Source: the human T2T-CHM13v2.0 reference genome, Homo sapiens. Taken from it: a stretch of DNA of 64,000 nt. A program made the translations under genes and the position numbers. Position 1 is the first letter of the stretch, and every line of letters begins with the position of its first letter. Below, piece after piece: positions 27,051 to 40,236 of the stretch. The stretch lies in NCBI RefSeq assembly GCF_009914755.1, contig NC_060926.1. One strand, 5' to 3'. Below the pieces are notes generated by a model that saw nothing but the letters and a program-made list of their open reading frames with translations, searched no databases and had not been told where the DNA came from.

Positions 27051-27914
27051 GTTTGTACCATAGGTTAATGGCAGATAAACATTTAAGGAAGTATTTTTAG
27101 TAAGAGAATATTACCATAATTATATAATTTTAAAAATTTCATTTTTATATTAAATTTCTGAAAGTATATTACACAAAACATGTCATTAATATTTTAATAA
27201 TGAATATTTTTATGGCCTACTGTATTACAAATTATGCTTTTCATTAAATTTATATACAATCAGAAATATATTATCAAATTTTAATAAGACAAATAACTTT
27301 CAGTGATAGACATCAAATAAATCTTCATAGAAGTAGTCAGAATTCATTTGGAATTCTAAAATAAAAATGAGCCTAAACCCCTATGAGCCAAACAAAATGA
27401 ATGTTTGTAGCTGTGACCCTAATAGCACTTCACTTTAGTTGGAGGTAGACGGGGGATAGTGTTATGTGTTGTTTGGAGAATACTGTTAACATTTTAAGCA
27501 ATAAAAAAATCAACTCTTCAGATATGCAAGACTTTATTAGTTGTCTATAGTGTCTGCTTTGTTGAGTGTAACTAGCCTCTGTTTCATTGAATGTAACATG
27601 AAATATGTGGAGGAAATAATTTTACAGATAAATTCAGGTCTACCATACAGAGTATTCCTATACTATCAAAAGTCAGAGCAGCTGAAATGTCCTCTGATTC
27701 TTCTGCATCATCCTCCAACAAAAGTGTTGAAATTTACCAATTGTTTTTTTCCTGTTCCTAAGTAAAGCTCAATAATTCTACAGGGGTCTGTACTCCCTGT
27801 CATATATTCAAATTGTTTGACATATTGAAAACTGAAATAAAATTATGGTTTTAGAATTGAGTAGTGCATATATTACAAAACATGAAAGATCTAAAATTAA
27901 TAATCTAATCTTCC

Positions 27915-28720
27915 TTACTTTAGGAAATTAAAAAAATAAAAGCAATTTAAGCTTAAATCAAGCAGAAGAACAGAAACAATTAAAACTGGAAAAGAAATCA
28001 ATAAATGTGAAAATGGGAAAACAGAGAAAAGCAATGAAATAAAAAACAATTAATAAAGAGAGAGAGATAGAAGACAAAAATTATCCATACCAGATATAAA
28101 AACTAGGCCCTTTGTAATTTTCCCATGGACATTAAAATAATAACAAAAGAGTACAACAAACAACTCTATACCCACAAATTTAATAATTTAGGTAAAATTA
28201 ATACAATTCCTTGAAAGATATAAATGCCCAAAATTCAAAGAAAAATAGATCTGATTAAGCCCATATCTATTAATGAAATTGAATAAATGATTAATAACCT
28301 TCCAACCTTCCAAAAAATGAAGCATCTGGTCCAGATAGTTTCATTGGTGAATTCTACCAAATATTTAAGTAGGAAATGATACCAATTTTCCAGGATCTGT
28401 TTCAGAAAATACACACAGAGGACAAACTTCCTATCACATTCTATGAGGTCAGCATTACCCTACCAGCAAAAACAAATTAAGATATTATAGAAGAGTGAAT
28501 GTAAACTACAGACCAATCTCTCTCATGAACACAGATGCAAACAATCCTCAACAAAATATTAGCAAATTGAGTTCAACAATGTGTAGAAAGAATTATACAC
28601 CATCATCAAGTAGGATTTATTTCAGCTAGGCAAGGTTGATTCAAAATATGAAAATCAATTTATGTTATATGCCATATCAACAGGGTAAAAAAGAATCATA
28701 TGATTATATTAATTGATATC
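27915..28720 (+). mobile_element. Old L1M ORF2 internal fragment (pre-RT and start of RT)
   Basis: ggtccagatagtttcattggtgaattctaccaaatattt, ttctatgaggtcagcattacccta, ctacagaccaatctctctcatgaacacagatgcaa. Confidence 0.9.
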
Positions 28721-29449
28721 TTTGATGAGCAGAAACATCTTTAATTTCTAAACATTTAACTTTGGATGATGTAACAAAAACTATTTTATTGTTTTGGGAC
28801 CTAAAGTAAATACATACTTGCATATTTAACTCTTATAATTATTATTGTTTACAGGTTAAAAAAAACAGTATTCAAAACTGACTTAGCCTGATTTTAGCTG
28901 AATTCACATTGAGTAATTCTTGGTTCTACTACTTACGCTTTTCACTAGGCATTTCAAATAAACACTGTAACATGTTCTAACTGTAAAATACACAGTACTT
29001 GAAAACAAATTTATATAAATGAAACTATTTCATAAAATGTCACAATTACATAAGTTATATGTGCTCATTTAGGACAATTAAAAACTATGCAAATGAAAGT
29101 ACTAATTATCATCCCTATAGGTATATCAATAAAGTGAAAACCGAGTATCTAAATTTGCCTTTGTACACCCTCATAATAACTGTAGGGGTTGATTGGAGCC
29201 AGGTACTCACTGGCCAGCTTCAAAAACAAATTGCAAAGAGATTTCCCAACATCTACTCTGGTGGCAAGAGTTGGCTACAAATCGTTCCTATCATATGACA
29301 ACAATTTTAGGAAAGATGAAATCTATACTAGGATAGACAAAGGATTTTAAAGCATAGGCTATAATTCCCAAACCAACTCCCCTAACAGGTTTTATAGTAA
29401 ATGGCAACAAATACTTTGAACATTGGAACATAACAATGAATTGCAAACA

Positions 29450-29612
29450 AAAAGAAAAGTGAAAGAGGAAGAAAAGAAATGGAGGGGAGGAGAAAGGAGG
29501 AATTCTAGTATCAGGTGAAATAGGAGAAGGAGGTAGAGGAGAAGAATGGGGAAAAGGAGGAGCAGGGAGCAAAGGAGGAAGTGGGAGAGAAAGAAAAGAG
29601 AGACAGCAAGAA
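29450..29612. repeat. Purine-rich (GA/GGA) low-complexity tract
   Basis: About 160 bp, mostly A/G on the + strand. Confidence 0.85.
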
Positions 29613-29809
29613 GGGGGTTAGGAGTAATTACATGTATTTTTTGGTCTGTTGTGTGTTTTTGCTCTAGACTCTGACCTCATATTTACAGTTTACTTAGTAA
29701 TAAAAGAAACAAATATTGAATCCTTTTCAGAAAATTTCAAACATGCATAAGGCTCTTTCACTTCTAAAAAATAACTACGCAAGCAAACAAACACAAGCAA
29801 GAAGAAAAT

Positions 29810-31240
29810 CCCTCAATTCTCCATTTCCCATTGTAACTTAATTCTCTCCATCCTTTGTAAGTAATTTCTTGGAAAAATTATCACCTTCTTGTCTTCCGTT
29901 CACTTCTTCATCTTATTAGAATCCTGTTTAATCAAATTGGCTGTCCCAAAAATACTAGTGTCATGCTTTTAATGACAATCTAATTACCAATTCCAACATG
30001 ATTTTTTGCAATTCTTATACAACATTGTACAGTGGTTGACACTGCCAATTAACCCTCTTTGGGGATTCTTAATAACATTCTCTGTGGATTTTGCTTCTAC
30101 CTCTCTGACGACTTTTCAGATTGCTTGTATTGCCTTCATTGTTCATCTGGGTCCTTAAATATTTTCTTAAGGTACCCATTCAGCCCTCTCAATTTTTATT
30201 CTCGCATATTTTCTTGTATAATAGTATTACTATATTTTTAGCTTTTAAAACTGCCAAATCACCTATCAAATAAATAAATTTGTACTTAATCAGGCTCCTA
30301 AGTCACTATTTCCATCACATAACATCACATGTTTACTGTCTTGTAGCTGTTTCTACCTGTTATGCCTTATTATGTTTCTCCTTTCAGAATAAGTGCATTC
30401 CCTTGCTTTTTTTTTTTTTTTTATTCTTAGGAGAGGCACTACCATTTACCTATTCAACTAAATGAGTACTTGTGGATTTATTCCAGACACCTCCCTGAGT
30501 TTCATGCTCAATCAGTCAGAAAGTGCTAGAAATTGTATTGAAATCGTTCTCTGACCTAATCTTCTCTAGCTGCACAGTCATTATCAGTTGAGATACTAAC
30601 AACACTATATACAGTTCCACTCACCAATCTATCGTGCATAACATTGGAGTAGATCTTTCTGTGTTGCAATTTTGATCATGTCACTTCCAACATAAGGTCA
30701 CTCAGTGATCCTCCTCCCAGGGCCTACAGAGCAAGTTTAATCTCCTTGGTATTGTTGAAATGTGGGTTTGGGGCTTTTTTAACCTGCTGCATACCTCCCT
30801 GTTTTAAGTCTTCTAAAATAAACTTCCCATCAATTACTCTATATGCCACCACATACAATAAATTTGTAATTCATCAGCCTTGCCATATGTATAAAAATGT
30901 GTGCTCTCAACGCATGAGGATTCCTCTTCTTGAAATGCCCTTTTTCTTCAGCTATGTACATAGTTTTGTCAAATTCTAACACATTCTTTGCAGCTCAGAT
31001 TTCATTTATTTTTCTTTGAGAAGCAGTTATTCCCATTAGTATTTAATTATTATTTTGCTTTGCTTTTTTTTTTAAATCACAACTTGTAAATACTCATGCT
31101 ATAATATTCATTCCATTCTCCCTCTGGCTAATGGGCTTGAAGTGAACAGACACTATGTCTTACTTGTGCCTCTGTTTCCAGCTGCTAGCTCAGTTCCCAA
31201 TGCATTACAGTTGGTTGGCAAATATAAAGACAAATGAACA
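29810..31240 (+). mobile_element. Degenerate L2 LINE, ~1.4 kb, including 3' end
   Basis: L2-like motifs (acagtggttgacact, ttctacctctctgac, tgatcatgtcacttcc) and tail atgtcttacttgtgcctctgtttccagc...aaatgaa. Confidence 0.65.
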
Positions 31241-31576
31241 TTATTGTTCATCTCCTCATTTTATTAAAAAGGCAAAAATGGATAAAAAGATTAAAGGTAT
31301 AAGTAAGCAAAATGAAGTAACTCATTATTCAATTATATCGCACAGATCTATCTGTGATTAACATTTTGATGCATATGCAAGCATTCACTTATGCAAAGCC
31401 TACACAGGAAAAAAAAAGTAGCTTACAAGACATTCATAAAATCTGTTTAATTCAGTAATGATAATCAAATTAGTGTAAATTAAAACAACATTGGAAATTC
31501 TTTTTAAAAAAAACAAATCTGGCAATGAGTCTAAAAATCTCACAATATATAGGGTTGGTAAAATGTAAATACAAAA

Positions 31577-31580
31577 GTGT

Positions 31581-31635
<55 letters not shown>

Positions 31636-31653
31636 CATACATACATATATATG
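31577..31653. repeat. Compound (TG)/(TA)~20/(CATA) microsatellite
   Basis: Seen directly; degenerate (TCTA)n follows at ~31706-31740. Confidence 0.95.
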
Positions 31654-32778
31654 TAGTAAAATCCCATTAATTTTCTTTTGCATTCCCTTTTCTCTCTCTG
31701 CTGCCTCTATATCTATGTATCTATCCATCTACCTATCTATTTGTATTCTCACATTGTATGTATATTGAAAAAAATATCTCTTCAACAGCTAGGCTAGTCG
31801 TTCTCAATAACTTTTCTTTAATCCACTGCTCATTTTGCTTTTTAGCTAACTATTCTGTTTGGGGTTAGGCAGAAGAGAAGAGGGAAATGTATGGTGGAAG
31901 GAAGAGAGGACAGGTGAAGAAAAGATAATTGATGAGCACATGATGTCTAGTAAATCCACACTCTCCGGTAAGGATCCTTACTCTCCGAAACTACCCTTCT
32001 CTTAGTCCAGGCTCTTGTCCAGTCTTTCAGAGTTCAAAGACTTCTCGTGTTCAGCAAAGCATTTAAAGTGGATCCCCCTTTCTCATTGATTTGTGGCTTC
32101 CTTTTAAAGATTTCACAGTCCCAGAGCTTTGTTGTCAATGTATTAAATAAAACCTAGCTCCTCCGTCAGTGCCTAGGGATTTGTCAATTACCTTGCAGTC
32201 ATTTGGTCTTTGCTAATTGCAAAATAAAGAGACCGCTGCCTTTATTGGCCTCCCAAAAGGCTTTCCTCTCCTCTACATACTACATTCAAGGTTGTATTAC
32301 TCTCTATTTCACTTTTTAAAGTTGAAGAAATTCAATTTTTTATAACTCAGAAACATGTTTAAAGCTTTTTGTCCTCCTTAAAGACACCCTTCTCCTTGTC
32401 AGGAATCTCCACCACACAGCTAATTAGTCTCTTGGGCAGATTGGTCAGGTTGCCCAAGGAGTAATAGCATAGACCTTGTTTCTTTCCTAGTCATTCTGGA
32501 AATTAAACTTTATTCTATCTTGTATAAGTTCTAGTAACTTTTTTATCTATCTCATTTTTTATTTTCTGTTCTTTCTGTTACTAGCTGGTGACGGACATGG
32601 AGACGGAAAAATTCAAGAAGTATGAACGGTGCTAGTAATTCCCTCCAGAGGCAAATATTTAAAAATTCCTCCAAGAAATACAACTCTGGAAAAGTTGTAA
32701 GAGCAGATCTAACTTTAGAGAAATTTTAGGCCATTCAGGTGGACATCCAGATGGCTAAAAACCTATTATTGGAACCTG

Positions 32779-32825
32779 TTACTTTCAAATGGCAAAAACT
32801 GCAGTAACTGTTGCATCAATCTAAT
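32779..32825. mobile_element. Half MADE1 (Hsmar1-derived mariner MITE)
   Basis: ttactttcaaatggcaaaaactgcagtaactgttgcatcaatctaat matches the MADE1 centre plus one TIR; the other arm is missing. Confidence 0.8.
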
Positions 32826-32954
32826 GCATGCTGAACCAAGCTTTGCACTTTCCATAATGATTTTCTAACAACAAAAAAAATGCCATAACAACAAAATAAT
32901 ACATTTACCAGTAATTACAATGATGGTGATTATGATGACGATGATTAAGATACT

Positions 32955-33390
32955 GGTAATAATATTTGAGTACTTGCTTAATTCTCAAAATATATCACGT
33001 ACTATTTGCCTCTTATTTTACCAATGTTATCTTCATTAAACCTCACAACCAACACAAGAGTTGGCAATGCTATCTCCATTTTCTTAGGGAGAAAATAAAT
33101 AAATAAGAAATGGCGGATTAGAGACAATTCGTAATTGACACAAAATCTCAAATCTATCCCTCATGGTCTGTGTCTTCTTCAGAATATATCTGTTCTGCTG
33201 GGACTTCTGACAACTTTCATGTAACTTCAAATCAGAAACAATTTTTGAGATCACATGGCCCCACTCACTTATTTTAGGAAGATGAAATTGAAACCCACAG
33301 AGTTAAGTAACTTGTTCATCGTCACTCAACAGGTGAGTCTCAAAGCAGACCTCAAAATTTAATCCTCAGACACACAATACAATCTTCCTT
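32955..33390 (-). mobile_element. Two MIR remnants (~32955-33150 and ~33260-33390)
   Basis: cattaaacctcacaacc...atctccatttt; gatgaaattgaaacccacagagttaagtaacttgttca (MIR core). Confidence 0.7.
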
Positions 33391-34427
33391 CCATGATATG
33401 TAAAATGGTTCCAAAAACAGGATTCATAATTTGATAATTTTGTATAAGTGTACAGGGTAAAACGGATAGAATATTTAAAATCTCTAAGAGCCCAATATAT
33501 ACATATAACGAAGTACATCATGCTGCCTATTTTGTTCACAGACAAAAGTGATGTATTTCATATTGATCAATTTTGAAACAGTCTTTTCTTCCCCTGGCAT
33601 CCATGGCAACTAATAGTACTGTGAATAGTGAAAAAATCATTCTCAGGATACCTCCTTTTGGTTTCTTTCCTATTAAAGTGATAAGCGTATTGATTCGTGT
33701 CCTTACTCTGTAAGCATGCTATTGAATAAGTTATATAAATAAAAAGTTTTATAAATTCAGCAACACTTGTGGCATATCATATGACTATTAAAAATATTGT
33801 AGAATAACTGTTGCTTTTACCATAATAACCCCTGAGAAATAATTGGCTTGCATTATGAGACTTGCGATTTCTCACAAAAGGAAAATATCCTGAAGCAATT
33901 TCACACCATCTTCACATATGTTCTGCCAAAAGTTATAAAAAGCTGAACCTCACAACCTAGAGCTGTAGCAATGTAATTAGATTTCTTTTCTACAAATGAA
34001 AATGCTGATTGGATTGGAAGGTGTTTCGTGACCAGTACGTTTTGTTTAGTGTGCCATCTAAATGTCATGGTTCCAGGTTGGAGAAGTTGAATTACAATTA
34101 ATTGCAGTTTCAGGGAATGACTGAGACAAGAACAGTGTGGAGTTACAATTGAAATATAATGAGGCCTACTTGAGTCATGGGATCATGGTATTACTTGCTG
34201 TTTAGAATGTACCCCTCTACTCAAAGTATCTCCAGAACCTATAGGACAAAAAATAACATTCAAAGCAGCATGTGAGGTGTGTAGGTAATGTGATGGTCCA
34301 AACATTCCAAGAGTCCTGAGAAAGAGAACTGGGCAATACTGGCTGTGCTAGGGCTGATGCTAGTGGAGGGGACAGTTGCCACGAACAAAGTCTTCCCAAA
34401 CAGTTAAAACAGACTCTTAATAGAAGA

Positions 34428-34606
34428 TGTTTTTAAAGTCTGTTCTGAGGATCATCTGTATCTGCATCAGCCCGTCTGTAGTTTGTTAAAAATGTGCTTT
34501 CCTTAGCCCCATCTACCTAAATCAGAATGTGTTGGAGCCCTAGGATATGTACCTCTGACAAGCTCCCCAGGCAATTCTGATGTACACTGAAGTTTGACAA
34601 CCACAG
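34428..34606. mobile_element. MER5A-like hAT MITE
   Basis: tttgttaaaaatgtgc...aaatcagaat...acaagctccccaggcaattctgatgtacactgaagtttgacaaccac. Confidence 0.8.
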
Positions 34607-35657
34607 ATTTCCAAAGTTTGGTGACAGGCAATTGGTGAGAGGCAAGTAGATGATTAACAGGGGCTAAATCCCAGAAGGAATATCAGTTGAGTTTCAATGG
34701 GAAGGCCAACCACTGCATCAGGGAACCTGGGAGAGATCCAGACAGGTAACTGGCATCAGGGGTGTCTGTCTCACAGGATAATGGCAGGGCTCCAGACTCA
34801 AGTTTGGGCACAGCTCCAATCCCAAGGAAGAAATATATATCTGGATGGTGTCTTGTTGGAGCAATATTGGAGCAAGCATGGGTGGTAAAAAGAGAATAAG
34901 AAGTAAGCTTGGAATTGAGAACTTAAGAGTCAGCATTTAACTGTATTAATTGTATTTAAAAGTATTTACAAATATTTGCAAAAATTCAGTGATAATTTTT
35001 TTTCAAAGTTCCACTGATGCATGATATGAGAAAATAACAGAAAACAACACCCTCCCACCCTATATCAGGCCCACAAAATATACGGACAAAACATAGAACA
35101 ACATCTATAACGTTTAAATTGTAATAAAAACTTTTTAATAGTTATTTGCTTCTCTATAAAATGAGGACTGTTGATCATGGTGACAGTGCTGTATTTCATT
35201 GCACAGATCATGCTATTTCATTTACTTACAGGGGAGCAGAAGCCTTTATTGTGGGGCTACATCATTCTTCTTTTATGGCTTCCATTTAAAATATAGTACT
35301 AGAACCTGGTTGTTTCAGCATTTTTCTAGAAGTCAGTCAGTTCTATACTAACTCAGTCATTCTCAACTGACATCTCCACAGAATAGTTTGTCTTAGCGAA
35401 AAGGAGAAACCCAATAGTAGTTCTCTGAGAAACTCTAGTCAAATCTACCCATCCAATTAGGTGAGAGAGGACTGAGGAGGATGAGATGAGAGGAAGTAGC
35501 TGGGCATGTGAATATAGCCATCATTCTTGTGAACCCCTCAGCAGAGAACAAAATCTCTTCATATATGCAAGCTCCTTAATAAAAGTACTTGGAAGTCACC
35601 TGTCACTCTCTGCCTTGTGTATATCATCGGTAGTCCATTCATTTATTCATTGAACAC

Positions 35658-35964
35658 TTTTTTTTTTTTTTTTTTTTTTTGAGCTGGAGTCTCCCTCTAT
35701 TGCCCAGGATGGAGTGCAGTGGTGCAGTTTCAGCTCACTGCAACCTCTGCCTCCTGAGTTCAAGCGATTCTTCTGCCTAAGCCTCCTGAGTAGCTGGGAC
35801 TACAGTTGTGCGCCACCACACCTGGCTACTTTTCTTGTATTTTTAGTAGAGATGGTTTTCACCATATTGGTCAGACTGGTCGACTCGAACTCCTGACCTC
35901 GTGATGTGCCCACCTCGGCCTCCCAAAGTGCTGGGATTACAGGTATGATCCACAACGCCCAGCC
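35658..35964 (-). mobile_element. Full-length Alu (AluSg/Sx-like)
   Basis: Poly(T) 35658-35680, complete Alu body; TSD tgaaca(a)cttt at 35651 and 35965. Confidence 0.96.
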
Positions 35965-37375
35965 TGAACAACTTTTATACCCTCTTTCTGTGTGCAGTGT
36001 GGTAGTGTAAACACATCCATAAATAAAACTGTTGTCCCTAAACTCATGGCATTTGAAATCCCGGATGGCATGTTTTGTGTCTGATTTATTATGTCACCTT
36101 TCACTAAGAATTTCACCAAATGATATAATGGAATAAGTATAATACAAAAAAGGTTGTTAACTCATAATTCTGTGTTTCCTTTTCCTGCATTTCCTTTAAA
36201 AAGCAGTCTATAGTATTGTGTAAATATTTTTATCAATATTTTAAAAGACTTTACCATTTAACCAAATAAATATGGGAATGCTTTCCAGGACACTAAAACA
36301 ATGAAAGCATGTTTTGACTTGTTGAGGAAAATGGGAAATATCATCAAGTAAGATATAAATTAATTTTTTCGTAAAAAGTGCTATACTTAATGGTAGTTAC
36401 AAGGAGACTCTGACAAAGAGTTGGAAGATCAGTGACACTGAATTACCATGATTAGAATATGACTTCTATGATATCTATCTTGAAAGCAGTAATTACACAG
36501 AATTCCAGGTCATGCTACAGGCAATTTTCTATTTTATTATATTTATAAAATAGGAGAGTACTAGTTGTCCCAGTTCCCAATTAGATTGAATAGCTAACTT
36601 TTTGTCTATTTTTAAAAAATATTCTTATATGGGGGAAATATTTTCTCAGAAATGTCAGCTATCTGCTGCATAATTTAGAAAATATGTGTTATATTTAACA
36701 TGTACACTTTCCTGAAGGTAGACATGCTATTAACTTTTCCCATTGTCTAAAGTTTTCAGATGAAAAGAACTCTTCTTCAGTATTTGGAACACTCTGCCCA
36801 AGAAAATACTGATTTTCCTGGGAGACAAGAGGTATTGCAGACCATATTACTTCTGATGAGCTCTAATATATACTTTTGACGGTATGCTCATTTTTATTCT
36901 ATCAGTGCTAATACAGGCGAATAACCCATTTACGTAATTTTCCATCTTTCGACAAGATGGATGAATAGGCTTAATGTATAAAGGATGACAAAATGAAATA
37001 TAGAAGTCTGGATAGAATAGAATAACCAAAGTAGTGCACACAATTACTAGCATCTGTCAATCTTTTCCCATCATTTGTCATTTATTCTGTTACTAATTCT
37101 CACAGCTGAGATTATGTGTCATGGGATAAATGTAATGGAAAGTTACTGTTCAGCTTTTCTTAAATAAAGGATCAATGAAACATACATTCAGAAACAAATG
37201 CCTGTCATTTTCACATTTTCAAGATGGAGCCTAATGTACTGTCCAGTGCTTTTTGCCCCACTAGGAACATGGCACTTAAGAGGATAATTTCCAGTTGCTT
37301 AGAGAAAGGTTTTACCATCCGTTTAAAAAAATGCAGTTTCTAAAGCTGAATTACATAATTATTAACACATTTGCT

Positions 37376-37403
37376 CATATATATACATATATATACATAC
37401 ATA

Positions 37404-37441
<38 letters not shown>

Positions 37442-37520
37442 CATATATATATATACACATATATATACATACATATATATATATACATATATATATATAC
37501 ACACACATACATATATATAT
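37376..37520. repeat. Long alternating TA/CA compound microsatellite
   Basis: About 145 bp of (TA)n interspersed with CA. Confidence 0.95.
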
Positions 37521-38296
37521 GGATTATTTTGACATACCAGAGCATTATCAATGGTTTAACAGAATTTAAGCCTATTTTGGCTTTATCACTCCTGAAATTA
37601 AAAAATAAATGGTTTTTGAGCTAGTAACGTTTAACTTGAGAACACTAAAAGGTTTGAAACTATGCACTGATTATATTATTATTGTTACAACATATGGAAC
37701 ATTTTATAATATTAACTAAACTCCTACTATCTATACAAACTTGTAATAAAACAGTACCATTGTGATACACACATATAGTGTATATGTGTCACATACATAT
37801 TTATAATGGAAATCAAGCAAAAGCCAAATAACTATCCAAGTATATATCCACTTTCATCTCTAATAAAAGTGGAATTTCATATCACTACAAAGGATATATT
37901 TTTCAGTAAGTTGTGCTAGAACTTGGGAGAAAAATTGTGAAATTTGAGAGAATTAATTCAAATAAATATTCTGACATACTATTATAATTTTCCAAGAATA
38001 TTTCTGGAGTATAGTCAACAATGTACTACAAAAGTTGTTAAATTTTGCACAGTTTTTGTCTTTTCAAACCATTTTACTCTTTTTTTTAATTGGAGGAAAT
38101 CACATGGAGAAATAATTATGCACAACAGTAATCATCTTGGCATGTATTTTAATAATAATATCTTTTTTCTCTTTTTTATATTTATGTTCTATTTCTTGGT
38201 ACTAAAAACTCATCAATTAAGTGGCACTTTGGAGAGTGATTAGCTATCTATAAATATCCTATGAGCTATGTACAGTGATATGCTGATCAGTGGTTA

Positions 38297-38339
38297 ACAA
38301 AAACAAACAAACCAACAAAAACAAACAAACCAACAAAAA
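38297..38339. repeat. (AAAC)-type repeat with an 18-bp higher-order period
   Basis: aacaaaaacaaacaaacc repeated twice plus a partial third. Confidence 0.85.
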
Positions 38340-38642
38340 GCCCTAATTGGTGACACTGGTTGATTACCACTGGGTCTATTTATGAGTAAAGAGCATATCA
38401 CAGGCTAGGAAAACCCATAATTTGTTTTTGCTAACTGAGTTTCTTTTTTTCTCATAGTGGTTTACTAGATAGTGCTCTGTTTTTGCCATGCATGTGATGA
38501 GAAACAGGGCATCTTACTTCCTAATAGCTGTAATAGCTAGTTTAGGCAAGAAGGATTCAGCTTCACTTGCTCACTATGGATTTGAAAACAAAATCTTACA
38601 GGAATAAATGAAATTCATTCTTCTGGCTTAATCATAAGAGAC

Positions 38643-38676
38643 TTATTTATTTATTTATTTATTTATTATTTATTTT
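38643..38676. repeat. (TTTA)n microsatellite
   Basis: Seen directly. Confidence 0.9.
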
Positions 38677-39906
38677 AAGGAAAATCTGAGAATTGAGAAA
38701 AGCTGTTTACAGAAAAGATAAACAACTGTATAGATAATACCACGTTCTGGCAAAATATTATCACCTCTAATATTCCTTATGATTTGGGGCATTTTATCTA
38801 ACATTACTGTGGCTCCATATGTTCAAAATAAAAGAAAATAATCATACCTCCAACAGCCAGAAGATGGTCATGAAGCCAAGGTTAGAAGTTAACTGTGGAA
38901 CTACTCTACTAGGTAGAAAACATTGAGGAGACAAAAAATATTTACTATTGGACCATTTTGGCAGAGTACCTTATAATAGGCCTTGAAGCATCCTTCTGAT
39001 GACACCACATCTGGCCACATTTACAGGAAACAAGTCAAATCAGTGTCTTATACTCTCTTATTTATTTATTTTGTAACTAATCAAATAATTAAGTAATTTA
39101 GAAACAAGCAAATAAGTCATAACAACATTTGAGAAGAGGTACTTCCTGTTTCTGTGTTTTTCCTAATGAAATAAATAGATTGCATTCTTTCTTGGCCAGT
39201 CATGCTCTGGACTTAGGTTTTCTTCATTTCTTGCTTCTAATTCTTTGGGGAAATGGTGTTTCCTTCTATTGAATTATAACTTTCCTTATGATGAATATGG
39301 TCCTATTGAAAACTGGTTTGTGTGCATTTTATGGGTTTTAAACCTTTATACAAATTTTAATCTGTTTTTAGACATGCTCTGTAATCCTTTCCTTTAAATG
39401 TATAAGCAATGTTGTTACCAAACTTTTCCCTTTGCTTGCTTATCGTGTCATTAACCATTCAAAGAGCCTTCAGTAATAACACAATATATTTTTATAAAAG
39501 TGCATCTAAAATAATAGTATCAAGAGAGTAAATAAAATCAAAATATATTCTATTTAGAGCCAGCATCTGTGGAAAGCAAAACATATTGGGCTTTGAATGA
39601 AGAAACCCATATATAAACGATGAAAGCTTTATTTAATGAAAACATTTCATTAAAAAAAATAAACCAAAACCACATGAATAATAATATTAGCCAATATTAA
39701 TTATGAGACAAAATGTTAACTTTTTATCAGTAGCCATTTAGTCTCTTGGTTCCTATACACCTCATTAGTCTCTCTTTTTAGCTCTCCTTACAATGTTTTC
39801 CTTCTCTACTAATCCTCTAAATATTGCTGTGGCCTAGGCTCAGCCTAATTCATTTCTCTACTCACCCACACCATTTATCTGATTTCATCCATTTCTATGG
39901 CATTCA

Positions 39907-40236
39907 AAGTAGAATTGTGGGTATTAGGGGCTGGGATATCCGTGGAAAAAGGTTGGTTAATAGATGCAAAGTGACAGCTGGATGGGAGGATTAATTTCTA
40001 GTGTTCTGTAGCACTGTAGGGTAAATACGGTTAACAGTAATTTGGTGTATATTTTCAAAAAGCCAGGAGAGAGGATTTTGAATGCTCATAACACAAAGAA
40101 ACAATAAATGTTCTATGTGATAGCTATGCTAATGACCCTAATTTGATCATTAAACATTGTATACATGTGTCGAAATATCACTCTACATCCCATAGATATG
40201 TACATTATGTGTCAACTAAAATTAAACAGAAAAAAA
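39907..40236 (+). mobile_element. L1MA (roughly MA4-6) 3'UTR fragment
   Basis: ttctagtgttctgtagcactgtaggg...gagagaggattttgaatgctcataacacaaagaaacaataaatg...tttgatcattaaacattgtatacatg. Confidence 0.9.

Noticed and set aside
34050-34068. CTCF-like gtgccatctaaatg
   Set aside because: Lacks the GTGG/CTGG half of the core.
34620-34890. G-richer segments here and at ~41920-42640 and ~45770-46000 as novel elements
   Set aside because: Probably ancient LTR or other repeat relics that I cannot name; no diagnostic structure to support a call.
39632-39654. 10-bp stem tttaatgaaa-aca-tttcattaaa
   Set aside because: Short and AT-rich; weak stem, plausible by chance.
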